Assembly: GCF_036971445.1 (NCBI RefSeq)
Contig: NC_091470.1
Coordinates: forward strand, 63,488,001-63,552,000
DNA from: Narcine bancroftii
Lineage: Eukaryota
Length of the DNA: 64,000 nucleotides
Direction of reading: 5' to 3'
Shown: positions 53,001-64,000 of the stretch, piece after piece
Layout of the letters: the number at the start of each line of letters is the position of its first letter
Position numbering within the stretch: position 1 is the stretch's first letter
Translations under genes and position numbers: made by a program
The notes under the pieces: generated by a model
What the model saw: only the letters and a program-made list of their open reading frames with translations
Databases searched by the model: none
What the model was told of the DNA's origin: nothing

Positions 53001-53789
53001 AACCAACCCATCCAAAGAAGCAAGACTGGCTGCATTGATAGTGTTATTTTCTCTTTCCTCAACTTCTAGCTACATTTGTATTTATTTGCCAATGTTTTCA
53101 CTCACTTGGTCAGTTCATTAACCTTTAATTCAGTATTTCCATTCTTCCCAATAACTGTATCATCTTTCTATCTGCATGACATTCTATCTCATCAGCAACA
53201 TTTTTTTAACATCATGAATCATTGCAATCTCTACTCAGTTCCTTGCACGACCCATTAATCACGATCTGCCATTTTGCCTGTCTGATATCTCTACTCTATT
53301 TTGTGTCACTCAGATACTTTCTAAGCCAGGGCATGTAATTGTCTTCAATCCATGAGTTCCAACTTAAGTCAAAAAAGCAGGATTTCATCAAATGGCATCT
53401 GAAAGTCAATATAAATAACATGCATAAAAATGTGCTTGTCCGCATCTAAACAGAACTATGTGCATTGGAAATGAAAGTCGAGAATTTCAGGGAAATTGAC
53501 AGAGTTTCTATTAATATTAATCCATTGGCTGGAACATACTTTGTGACCAACTTGGCAGCACAGCAGCCCAGCTGGTACAACCACTGCCTCATTAAGCTGG
53601 AGGCCACATTTCAAGCTAACTGTGTGAAGTGTTCACTACCCACCCCCCCCACCCCCACCTCTGCTTGATCTTGTGGGTGCTCAGTTCATCTTCCACCTCA
53701 AAGAAATATAGTTTTGTAGGTTAATTGATCTTTGTAAATTGACCTTACTGTGCAGCTGAATGGTAGAATTCCAGAGGGTTGTTAACTCG

Positions 53790-54130
53790 GTCTGCAACAT
53801 CAAATGCACCAAACTTCACTCATTCGAGGACATCTACCAAGAGATGGTATCTTAAGAAAGCAACCTCTATCCTCAAGGACCCAGGCCATGCCCTCTTCAC
53901 TCTGCTACCATCGGGAGAAAGTTACAGGAGCCTGAAGATGAGCACTGAGCACCACAAGGACAGCTTCTTCCCCACTGCCCATCAGATTCCTAACTTTGTC
54001 TTTGTCTTCTTCTTGCGCTATTTTAATTTATTTTTTAAGGTTGTTTATATAAACGTTTGCACTTTGACACTGCTTCAATACAACAAATTTTGTCTCTTGT
54101 TCATGACAATAAATTCTGATTCTGATTCTG
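53790..54130 (+). mobile_element. Rex1/Babar 3' tail
   Basis: KATSILKDPGHALFTLLPSGESYRSL; aataaa(ttctga)n end. Confidence 0.82.
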
Positions 54131-54302
54131 ACCTTGGAAAGTGTTGATGAGAATGTGGAGAGAATAAATATAATCTTCATGTTGGATTATTGTAAACAGG
54201 TTGTCAAATGAACTCAGTTGGTCAAATGGTCTGTTTCAATGCTACATGTTTTGATGCCAAATTTATTATTGACCCATTGCGGGAGAGTCGGGGGGTGGGG
54301 TG

Positions 54303-54668
54303 TGTAAGGTAAAAACATCATGAGATGGGACCGGAGAAGGAGTCACCCAGTACTAAGGAGTAACAGAATGCAGATGTGACCTTGTACACTCAAGATAAGC
54401 TTTGCACTAACAAGAATGGTGTGCAGCAGACTAACAGAGAAGGATAGCAACAGTTTATTCATTGGACAATGTCATGGTATGATAATTTACTAAGTACGTA
54501 TCCTAAGGTATATAAAAAACACCACTTGCTGATAACGGCAGAATGCGCCTTCTCCAACTAACACTGTTAGTTGCAAGTGTTACAATCCGGTAATAAAGAA
54601 CAAAGAACCTTGATTTCGACTCAGTCTGGTGTCTGACTCACTCATTCATGAACAAAGCAGATCTAACA
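54303..54668 (+). repeat. Solo LTR (ERV1-like or Gypsy)
   Basis: TGTAAG...CTAACA; perfect TSD GGTG; TATATAAA near 54509 and AATAAA near 54592. Confidence 0.93.
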
Positions 54669-54699
54669 GGTGGGGGGAGGCAAATATCTTGTTGGAGAA

Positions 54700-57600
54700 G
54701 TGAGTGTTAGAGTTTAGAAGGGCACGGAGAGAAAAGGGTTAAGCAGTGTTGATTTGTGGGAGTAAGTAATTGGGTGATTAAGATAATTTGCAGGGACAAA
54801 TAAAGGGAGAAGAAGCTAAAGGAGAAGTGTAGGAGTGGACCTTTGACTCTAGAGGCTTTGGAGGGCTGAGGGAGAACTTGCTCCCAGAGAGATAAGACCT
54901 GCAAGTTTCTTTAATAAATTCAATTAATGTAGGAGTGGGTGATGTAGGTAGTAGTTAGGGCAGTCCAGTGCTCTAGTTGTAGGATGTGGGAAGTCAGGGA
55001 CAACACATTTGTTCCTGATGACTACACCTGCAAAAGGTGCATCTAGCTGGAACTCCTGACATATTGTGGATCTTAAAGAATGCAGAAGTAGTGATACACA
55101 GGAGCTTCAGGGAGGCAGTCACCTCAAAAAAAATCAGGAGGTAGGTAACTGGGTGACTGTTGGGAGAGGGTAGGGAAAGAGGCAGAGCGCCTCTGTTGCT
55201 GTTCCCCTCCTGAAGTATTTTATTGGGGGAATGATCTACCAAGGACAAGTTGAGATGGTCATGTCTCTGGAACAGGGGCTGGACCTTTGGCTCAGAAGGG
55301 AAGGGGTGAGTGATGATGATTGGGGATTTGTTGGTTAGATAAGTGGACAAGATCAAGGGTCTTAATGGTATGTTTCCTCCCTGGTACCAGCATCAGGTCA
55401 AGTTCATAGCATTCTGGAGGGGGAGGATGAACAGCTGGATGTTGTGATCCATGTGAGGACTAAATACATAGTTAGGAACAGGGACAAGGCCCTGAAGAGG
55501 GGATATAAGGAGCTAGGAAAGAAGTTAAAAAGCAAGACCTCAAGGGTGGTAATCTCAGGATTGTTGCCTGTGCCACACGCCAGAGAGGGTAGGAAGAGGA
55601 AGTTGTGGCAGATGAATGTGTGGCTGAAGAGTTAGTACCAGCGGCAGGGGTTTAGATTTCTTCTAGGAAGAAATCTCTTCTAGGAAATGTCTGACTTGTA
55701 CCAAAAGGATGGGGCTGCACCTGAATGGAGGGGGACCAATATCCTGGCCGACAGGTTTGCTAGAGCTTTTGGGAAGGATTTAAACTAGTTTGACAGGAGG
55801 TGGGAATCAAAATGTGAAGGCAAAGATTAGGGTAGAAGGACAAAAGCATGTTTCCATGTGTTCTGAGTTGGTGAGGGAGGACAGGCAGGGGACAAAATGT
55901 AAAGGTAGCCAGTTAGAGGGGATGAAATGTGTCTATTTCAATGCTAGGAGTATTAAGGATAAAAGAAATGAAGTTAAAGCCTGGATCAGTATGTGGAACT
56001 ACACTGTTGAGGCCTTTACTGAAACTTGGCTGATGCAGATACTGGGATTTAGGTGTTTTAAAAAGACTTGGATAGGAGGTAGGAGAGGGTGGGAGTAGCA
56101 TTATTGGTCAGGGATAGTATCACAGCCATAGACAGGGAAGATGATGCAGAGGGAGTGTCCACTGAGTTGGTGTGAGTTGAAGTCAGAAATCAGAAGAGAG
56201 CTGGGAATAGACTATCGGCCCCCCAATGTCCCTCGGGATACTGAGGAGCAGGTAAGCAGGTAGATTTTGGAATGCTATGGGGAAATGCAGTGTTGTAGTA
56301 TGGGCGATTTCCACTTCTTTGATATTGACAAGCACTTACTGATTGCAAGATGGATAGATAGGATTGAATTTGTCAGGTATGTACACAAAAGATTCTAGAT
56401 GCAGTATGTGGAGCAGCCAACTGGAGGAGAGGCCACATTGGATCTGGTTCTGGGGAATGGACCTGGTCAGGTGGTGGACCTCTCTGTGGGGGAAGCATTT
56501 TGGTGAGAGTGACCACAACTCCCTGAGCTTCAACATAGCTATGGAAAAGGATAGAAACAGTCAAATTGGGAATGTGGCTTTATGAAGGGAAGGTTGTGCC
56601 TCATGAGCCTAATTGAGCATTTTTTTTTAAGAGATAACAAAAGAAATTGATGAGGGTAATGCAGTAGATGTGGTCTACATGGATTTTAGCAAGGCATTTG
56701 TCAAAGTCACCACAAGATACTCATCCAGGAAGTCACGAGTCATGATCAGTGGAAAAATATCTGTATGGATAAAAATAATTGGCTTGTAAGAAGAAACTAG
56801 AGAATAGTAGCATTGAAAAGTATTCTGCCTGGAGATCAGTGACTAGTGGAGTGCTGCAGGGATCTGTTCTGGGACCCCTGTTCTTTGTGATTTTTTTTTA
56901 TTTTAATGACCTAGATGAAGAGGCTGATGGATGGATCAGTAAGTTTGCAGATGACACTAAGGTTGGAGGAGTTGTGGATGGAGCTGAAGTTTTTTGAAGG
57001 TTACAAGATGATATAGACTGGATGCAGTGTTGGGCAGCAAAGTGGCAGATGGCGTTCAATCTGGATAACTGTGAGGTGATGCATTTTGGAAGGACTAACC
57101 AGAAGGATGAGTACAGGATTAATGGTCAGTTACTTAAGAGTGTTAATGAACAGAGGGGCAAATCCAAACAACCCTCAAGATCACTGCACAGATTGATAGG
57201 ACAGTTAAGAAGGCCTATGGGATGCTGGGCTTCATTAATAAGGCGATTGAACTCCGGAGTTGGGAGTCATGTTACAACTCTACAAATCTTTGGTAAGACC
57301 ACACTTAGAGTATTGTGTTCATCTCATTATAGGAAGGATGTGGAAGCTGTGGAGAGGGTGCAGAGGAGATTTACTAGGGTGTTGCCTGACTTGGGGAATG
57401 GGTCTTATGAGATAAGGTTAGCAGAGCTGGGGCTTTTCACTTTGGAGCTTAGAGGAGACTTGGAGGTCTACAAGATTATGAGAGACATAGATAAGGTGGA
57501 CAGCCAGCATCTGTATCCTAGGGCAGGATCAGCAAACACCAGAGGGCACGCATACAAAGTTTGGGGAAGACATTAGGGGTAAGTTTTTTTTTAAACACAG

Positions 57601-57740
57601 GTGTGGGCACCTGGAATGTCTTCCAGGTATGGTGGTAGAAGCTGAAACACTAGGATCATTTAAGAGTCTCTTAAGGGTTAGGGAGGGTTTGGTACTTTTT
57701 TCTAGGAAGGAATATATGGGTCAGCATTATCATGTTGGGT
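54700..57740 (+). mobile_element. CR1 LINE with ORF1 (zinc finger and SGNH esterase) and internally deleted ORF2
   Basis: CSSCRMWEV..YTCKRC; VVISGLLPVP; CVYFNARSI, TETWL, SDHNS; jump to the RT at ~56575; QGSVLGP, KFADDTK. Confidence 0.92.
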
Positions 57741-59789
57741 TCAAACACACTCATACAAAAGCTACCTTGAGCCTGGTGTCTTGTCCGTAGCTTGCTTTAT
57801 TTTGCCATACACTTAGTGAATATCTACATGCGCAGCCTTTCTCTGCTGGTCCCGAGCCCCTCTCCCGGATGTGGGACTTCTGCCCTGTGACATCATCAGC
57901 CTGCTCGATTACAGCCTCACCATTAGTTGCGCCACAAATACAACATCGAAAGCTGAAGGGTCTGTGCTGTGCTGTATTGTTGTATGAGATGCTGATGAAT
58001 GGATTTTGAAATTCTACTCTGAAATGTCTTAACATTACACTCAAATCAAAATCATTAGGACATAATATGTGGTGTGAAACCAATTACACAGTGAATGAAT
58101 TGAATGATAAAGGCTGTCAGAAAGTTATTTGTAAAAGTTGTTTGTATGTTTAGATAAAACGGCCTGGGAAGCAGAAAGCTTGAATGTCAGCAGACATGTG
58201 AATAAAGTTTTACTAACTTTCTTTATTTGCATTATTTCTTCCCAACATTTCCGATGCAGTGAGTTACAAGCAAAATTATACAGTGGATCTGTTATCATCA
58301 AAATAAAGAGACAAGAAGATTATTTTTTTCGCAGTAGGTTCATAGAACACATAGCATTGTCTATATTATGCTGTTCGCACTGGGAATTGGCCTACTTTAC
58401 TGCAAAATGTTAGCTTAATTACATAAGAAGGACATTGGAGGGAAACTCATTCATTCACAGACACTGCACTGCCACAGGTCTTGTTAATATTATATATGAG
58501 ATCATTTTATCTTTACTGTACATGCCTCCAAAGCCCTCTTGTACTCTGAAGTTTTACTTCCCTTAATGCTATTGTTACTGTTGAAGAAATATATACATCA
58601 GAGAAGATGCAACAGAAGATAATAAAAAATCTTTACTGCACTGTTCTGATCTGCCATTGTACATCATGGAATGTAAACTTGCACAAAAGAAGGCTCGTAC
58701 TCGAGTATCTTGCATTAGCATTGGGCATCAGTTCTAAGAGTGCAGAGTGGATGACAGTTATTTTTATGGTTATTGTTTTGCAGTTTTCACCAGGCAATTA
58801 CATTCAGGGTTATTTTTAGTTGTTGCTAACAGACTAGTTTTTTTTTTATTTTGTAGCAGAATTATTTGACTAAAGTATGGGAGGAATATCTTTCTTACCT
58901 TGACCTCTCAACACATTAATGTAACATTTAAAACATTGACTGTGATATTATGTATCGCACACACATCAAATGTAGCATAGCTTCATACAGAGCAAGGATT
59001 GTTATCTTTTTCCAGACGATTGGCCTCTGTCTAATCTCTGAAAAGCTAGTCTTGTATGAATATTTCATTTTTCCGATACTTGAGTGAATTTTCCTGATCT
59101 GATGCTGAACGTAGTCATACTAAGCACTGCAAATTCTGCACACTTTTTGATGGGAGGTCATGGAGAGAGGAGAACTGTACTTTGATAATAATTATGTGCA
59201 AATGCAATATTGGATAATTTACAGCAATAAGTGAGGATGGGCTTCATAAATTGTATGACCCAGCAACTGGCTGTTAGAAGTCAAAATATTAAATATATTT
59301 TCATGGAAATTATGAAATTTAAGGGCAAGTGTTGATTTGTCCTAATCAATCAACTGTACAAATCTTCCCAAGAGGCTGAATTTGATCCATCTTTCCAGAA
59401 TGCTTGGATTTTTCCCCTCTATCTTTGCTATAATTTAAAAAAAATCCTAAAGACAGCAAACTTAAGGAAGATATTTAACATTAGTTTGACCAACTTTGAT
59501 TATTAAAATAAAATCCAAATCCTACACAACATAAAATAAGAGAGAATGGAATCTCTCTACGCCACTAAAATAAAGCAACCAGACTGCAAGCTAAGTAAAC
59601 AGAAAGGAAAAATTCTGTCCATTCACAAACAATTTGCATAACTTGTTTTCTCCAAGGAAACATTGTAATCTGACTGCCAGGTATCCACTAAGGAGCCAGT
59701 AAAGTCTGAAAACTCTGGACTAGTTAGTTAGAATATGTATGTGGTCTTATAAGGATTAAGCAGTACAAAAGGGAGAGCTTTGTGTCAGT

Positions 59790-60270
59790 CAATTATCAGT
59801 CATGGAGCATTAAAACACCCTTTGGTCTAACTCATCCATACTTAACTCAGCTAATCCTATTTAGCTTGTGTTTGACCATTGTCCCTCTAAAACTTCCCTG
59901 TCCCTCTATCTATTGCCATGTTATAATTGAACCCACCTCTGCCACTTTCTTCAGCAACTCACTCCATCCATCAAGTGGGGGTGAGGGGGTGGATGATGGG
60001 AAACTTGCCTCTTGCATTCCTTTTAAATCCCTCTTATTTTAAACCTATGCCCTCTTGTTCTAGACTCTCATCCTCTGAGAATTGTCCATCCACCTCATTT
60101 CTGCCCCTCTATAAGATTACCCCTCTATAAGATCACCTCCATAGCATCCTAGGTTCCAGGGAATAAACACATCAGCTTATCCCGTCACTTTTTGTAACTC
60201 AAGTCTTCCTTTCCCAGTAATATGTTTGTGAATCTTTCCTTCATGGTTTCCAGTTTATTGCTATCTTATT
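59790..60270 (-). mobile_element. CR1 3' fragment, old
   Basis: Reverse-complement similarity to the CR1 3' ends in this window. Confidence 0.65.
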
Positions 60271-60285
60271 ATGATGATTCTCAAT

Positions 60286-61325
60286 AGGCTCTTTCAAACT
60301 GATGTGTAAAATGGGGTTAACCGAGCAATTTGCATGCCCAGTGCCCCAGTTATGTGGCAGTTTGAAAGGGTCTAACCAGGTCAACCCCATTGGAACCCAC
60401 CCAGGTCCCTGACCTACCTCCAAGGTAGTCAGGTAATCCAATAAAACTTGCCTAGGCTGATTTGTAAAGGAAAGTGGCTGACCCGCTTATTCCGGTGATG
60501 TCAACACTTGCATGCATGCGTCACCATGGCAGCCAGCATCTGAACATTCTTCCTATTTGCCATTCAGACTTCGATTCTTAACTTCCAGCAGTACATCTGG
60601 TGAGTGTGTGACACATCATTCATTGCATCATTGTGGGTGCGGGACCCCTTAAATAGCCGGGTTGCAGGATCAGCGCCAAGGAGGAGCATCCTCAGACATT
60701 GCCCACCAAAACAAGGAACTGTGCCGCCAATACAGTCGCAGCCATCTCTGGCCATCAGACCCACCTCCACCCCCTCCTGCATCACTAGCGTCTAGCTTAA
60801 TGCACACTAGCAACTCATCCCCCGCCCCTGGCCAGGTTAAAGGAGAGGCCTCATCTCCTAATTCAGAGGTGGATAGAATCCCCCCTTCCTGGTTAACAGG
60901 TAGGTATCGGCTAGCACCCCACCCCAATTGACAGGTTGGTCCTAGCTAGCACCCCCTCTCCACTAAACGAGCCCCTCTCTAACATTTGTTCTGGTGCCTG
61001 TTCAGTGTCCCAGGATAGGAATGGAGGTTTGGCCTTTCACACTAGACCACACCTAACCGGGACACTGAACACTTTCACACTTGCAAGGGTTCACCCCCAG
61101 CATTTGGTCTGTTCTACCTTTAACAGGAAATGCCTGCAATGCAATTGCCCATTTCACACTTGCCTGATCTCAACACTGGCATCTGTAGACTAGTGGTCGA
61201 GGCCAGCAATCCCTGGTGTGAGATGGCGTCATCTGACGCCGGCGTTGAGCAGATTTTGCTTTCACACTTGCCACTTTAAAAGCTGATTTGGTGTCCTGGG
61301 ATCACTGGCAAGTATGAAAGAGACT
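60286..61325. mobile_element. Non-autonomous DNA transposon (Harbinger-like)
   Basis: TIR aggctctttcaaact / agtatgaaagagact (13 of 15 match); repeated TTCACACT motifs; GC-richer than flanks; no clean TSD. Confidence 0.6.
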
Positions 61326-62100
61326 TTTGTCACCTTTAAACACTTGGATTGCAAGTGTGATTGTCATAGAGTGACCTGAACTGCCTAGACAAAAAACACA
61401 GAGATACTCTCTAGATCTTTAATTATTAGCAAACAAATCAGAGAAAAAAAAACTCTAACCATCCTAGAGTCTTCATGGTGTATTAATCAAACCAATGATC
61501 CCTGAGGTTTGAATTTTTTAACGCCTTTCCTCAGATTCCAACCAATCCCAGCTAACTCCTGTGAAACAGTTGGATATTAGTTTGTCCTTTGATTCTCTTT
61601 ATCCCTATTTTCAGCATGCTTGTCAATGATTGATTCTTCCAAGCACACCAATGCCCATGGCTACTCGTGATTGGTTCAGACTTCACTGGGTGTCCTTGGT
61701 TATCAGCTACAATTACGTGACAGGCAATGACTGTTAAATTGTGCTTGTTTTTCAACTTGCAACTTATAGTTTAGCTACCTAAGTAATATCGTGCAGATTT
61801 CATGTTCTCTAATAAGTAGTTTGCTTGAGTATTAAAGTATTCCATGTTATTGGTGAATGCTGACAGTTGATTTCTCCTGAGTTATCATTAAATAGGATGG
61901 AATAGCACAATTCAAACCTTCATCCATGAGATCTGCAAGTTGAGACAAATGTTCTTGTGCACATACTGTATACCATTGTTATTTAATATCTAAAAAAAAT
62001 CAAACTCCCTGTTAGTCCACATGCTTTGTGTATGGGAGATAACTGGAATGATGTGCTAAGTCCACATAAACTAATTAGGGTCATGTTCAAAAATGCCAGC

Positions 62101-64000
62101 AACTTTAATTGTGCTGCTTGATAATAATTGAAGACCTCCCAAGTCATACCTCCATGTCAACTTTTGCATAGAGACTCTTGCATAGAGACTCTTGCATAGA
62201 GACTCTTGCATAGAGACTCTGGCATAGAGACTCTTGCATAGAGACTCTTGCATAGAGACTCTAGATAACTTACCTTTCCATAAAAACAAACAAACTACTT
62301 TATTGAGTTCCTTAAAAAATTTTCCCAGTATAGCACTTGGAATAGATTGAAACAAATATTGAATGTGAGGTTATATATTCATTTTGATACAGTTAACACT
62401 GATTGGATGAGTAAATTGTAACTCCTTCCATCTAGTTAGATCAAACTTCATCTTATTTAATAACAGTATATAATTTAAACTATATAAATTTTGATACACC
62501 TAAATACTTAATTTTTTTGACAATTTAAACTTTGTGAGTTGTTCTCAATCTGAGTAATCTCCATCTGATATTGGTAATATTTCACTTTTATCCCAATTTA
62601 CTTTATAATCTGACATTACCCCATAACATTTCAACAAATTTTGTAGTGGTTCTAAAGAATTCTTAGCTTGAGACAAATCATCTGCAAACAGATTAATTTT
62701 ATACTCTTGCCCACCAATTGTAATTCCCTTAATATTCATTTCTTGCCTAATCGCTTGGGCCAAAGGTTCTATAACTAATGCAAATAAGGCTGATGACAAT
62801 GGACAGCCCTGTCTAGTTGATCTAAACAAATTAAATACCTGCAAAATCTTTCCATTCGTCAACACCCGAGCAGAAGAATTAGTATATAATGCCTTAACCC
62901 AACCAGTAAAGCGTGGTCCAAGTTTATATCTTTCTAACACCTTAAATAAAAAAAAATTCCACTCCACACGGTCAAAGGCCTTTTCCACATCTAATGCTAG
63001 TATCATTGGTTGGTTGAGTTGTTGTCTTTAAGCATTAATTATTGTAATTAATTTAGTAATATTACCTATTCTTAATAAATCCTGCTTGATCTACGTGTAC
63101 TAATTTTGGTAAACAGTTAGCCAGTCATGCCAAAACTTTTGCTACAATTTTATAATCTACATTCAATAAAGGTATTGGTCTATACTGTGATACTTTTAAT
63201 TATTATCAAGCAGCACAATTAAAGTTTATTAATAGACTGCTTGATATTGACCAACCTCTGATGTGGGTGAAGGTGGAGATTAATCAAATTCAGGAAAGAT
63301 CAATGCATCATTTTATATATAAATGGAATCCTTTGCTTCTATAATGGCATAAACTGCCTATATTGAAATATTTGATGGGGGTATGGTATAAGTGGAATCA
63401 GCTTATAGGATTAAAAGGTAGGAATTCACCAAAACACCATTATATCAGAATCAGCTAAATTCATTTTCTATGAATAATCCTTATTTGAAGGATTGGAAAT
63501 CAAAAGGAGTGATATTAGTGGAAGATTGTTTTGAAGTAGATTCATTTCTTTCATTTAATAGACTTAGAGAGAAATTTATTATCTAGTACGAGATTTATTA
63601 TTAGAATGCTTTGGTAGAGAGATAATATTACCTGGGCAAATGAAATTTGAGAAACTAATTGTGGATAAGGGAAAAAGATTTGTTTCAGAAATGTATTTGT
63701 TATTACAGGAAAAGTTGAAAAGGGTAGATATTTTTAAAATAAAGAATAAATGGGAGAAGGATTTATTTATTCCTATTTCTGTGGAGGAGTGTTCTGATAT
63801 GTGTTTGAATAATGCTATGAAATTAATTAATGTACAATATAGTTTAGTTAATTATAACTTTCATTATCAGTTATATTTAACTCCTGAAAAATTGAAAAAT
63901 TATGAAGTTAGTGGGTCAGATTTATGTTTTCGATGTGGCGATCAGGCAGGTACTTTTTTACACTCTGTCTGGGAATGTAGAAAGGTTAAGCCCTTTGGGG
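62101..64000 (+). mobile_element. L1-clade LINE with 5' inversion (62101-63137 inverted; 63138 onward sense)
   Basis: Minus: YRPIPLLNVDYK, EKAFDRVEW, RQGCPLS, LFADD. Plus: YYQAAQLK through CFRC..H..WEC. Confidence 0.93.
62166..62262. repeat. 14-bp minisatellite, ~7 copies
   Basis: (gcatagagactctt)n with one internal substitution. Confidence 0.97.

Noticed and set aside
62166-62262. CRISPR-like array
   Set aside because: Head-to-tail repeats without spacers, in eukaryotic L1 sequence.

Overview
Eukaryotic, non-genic, transposon-saturated window. The repeat set (CR1 with esterase ORF1, Penelope GIY-YIG elements, Rex1/Babar, V-SINE, L1, Gypsy) points to a vertebrate, most likely a cartilaginous fish; this is inference only. 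I found no supportable host protein-coding exon, and every recognisable long ORF is a transposon remnant. Main contents: a decayed Gypsy (1-5047), a TSD-flanked L1 nested in a Rex1 tail (33376-39157), an ORF1-only HAL1-like L1 (43344-45928), a two-LTR Gypsy with nested LTRs (46859-49093), several CR1/Rex1/Penelope copies, a pogo transposase, solo LTRs and MITEs. The most notable signal is a young RTE-clade LINE resembling AviRTE, present in six copies of at least three subfamilies. Five copies sit inside or between other retroelements, four lack adjoining host sequence, and one has a twin-priming-type 5' inversion. Also seen: Penelope hammerhead-ribozyme relics, a perfect hairpin carrying two CArG boxes, and a short interstitial telomeric array. 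I cannot claim a new biological system. Family names come from motif recognition rather than database searches, and boundaries without TSDs are approximate.
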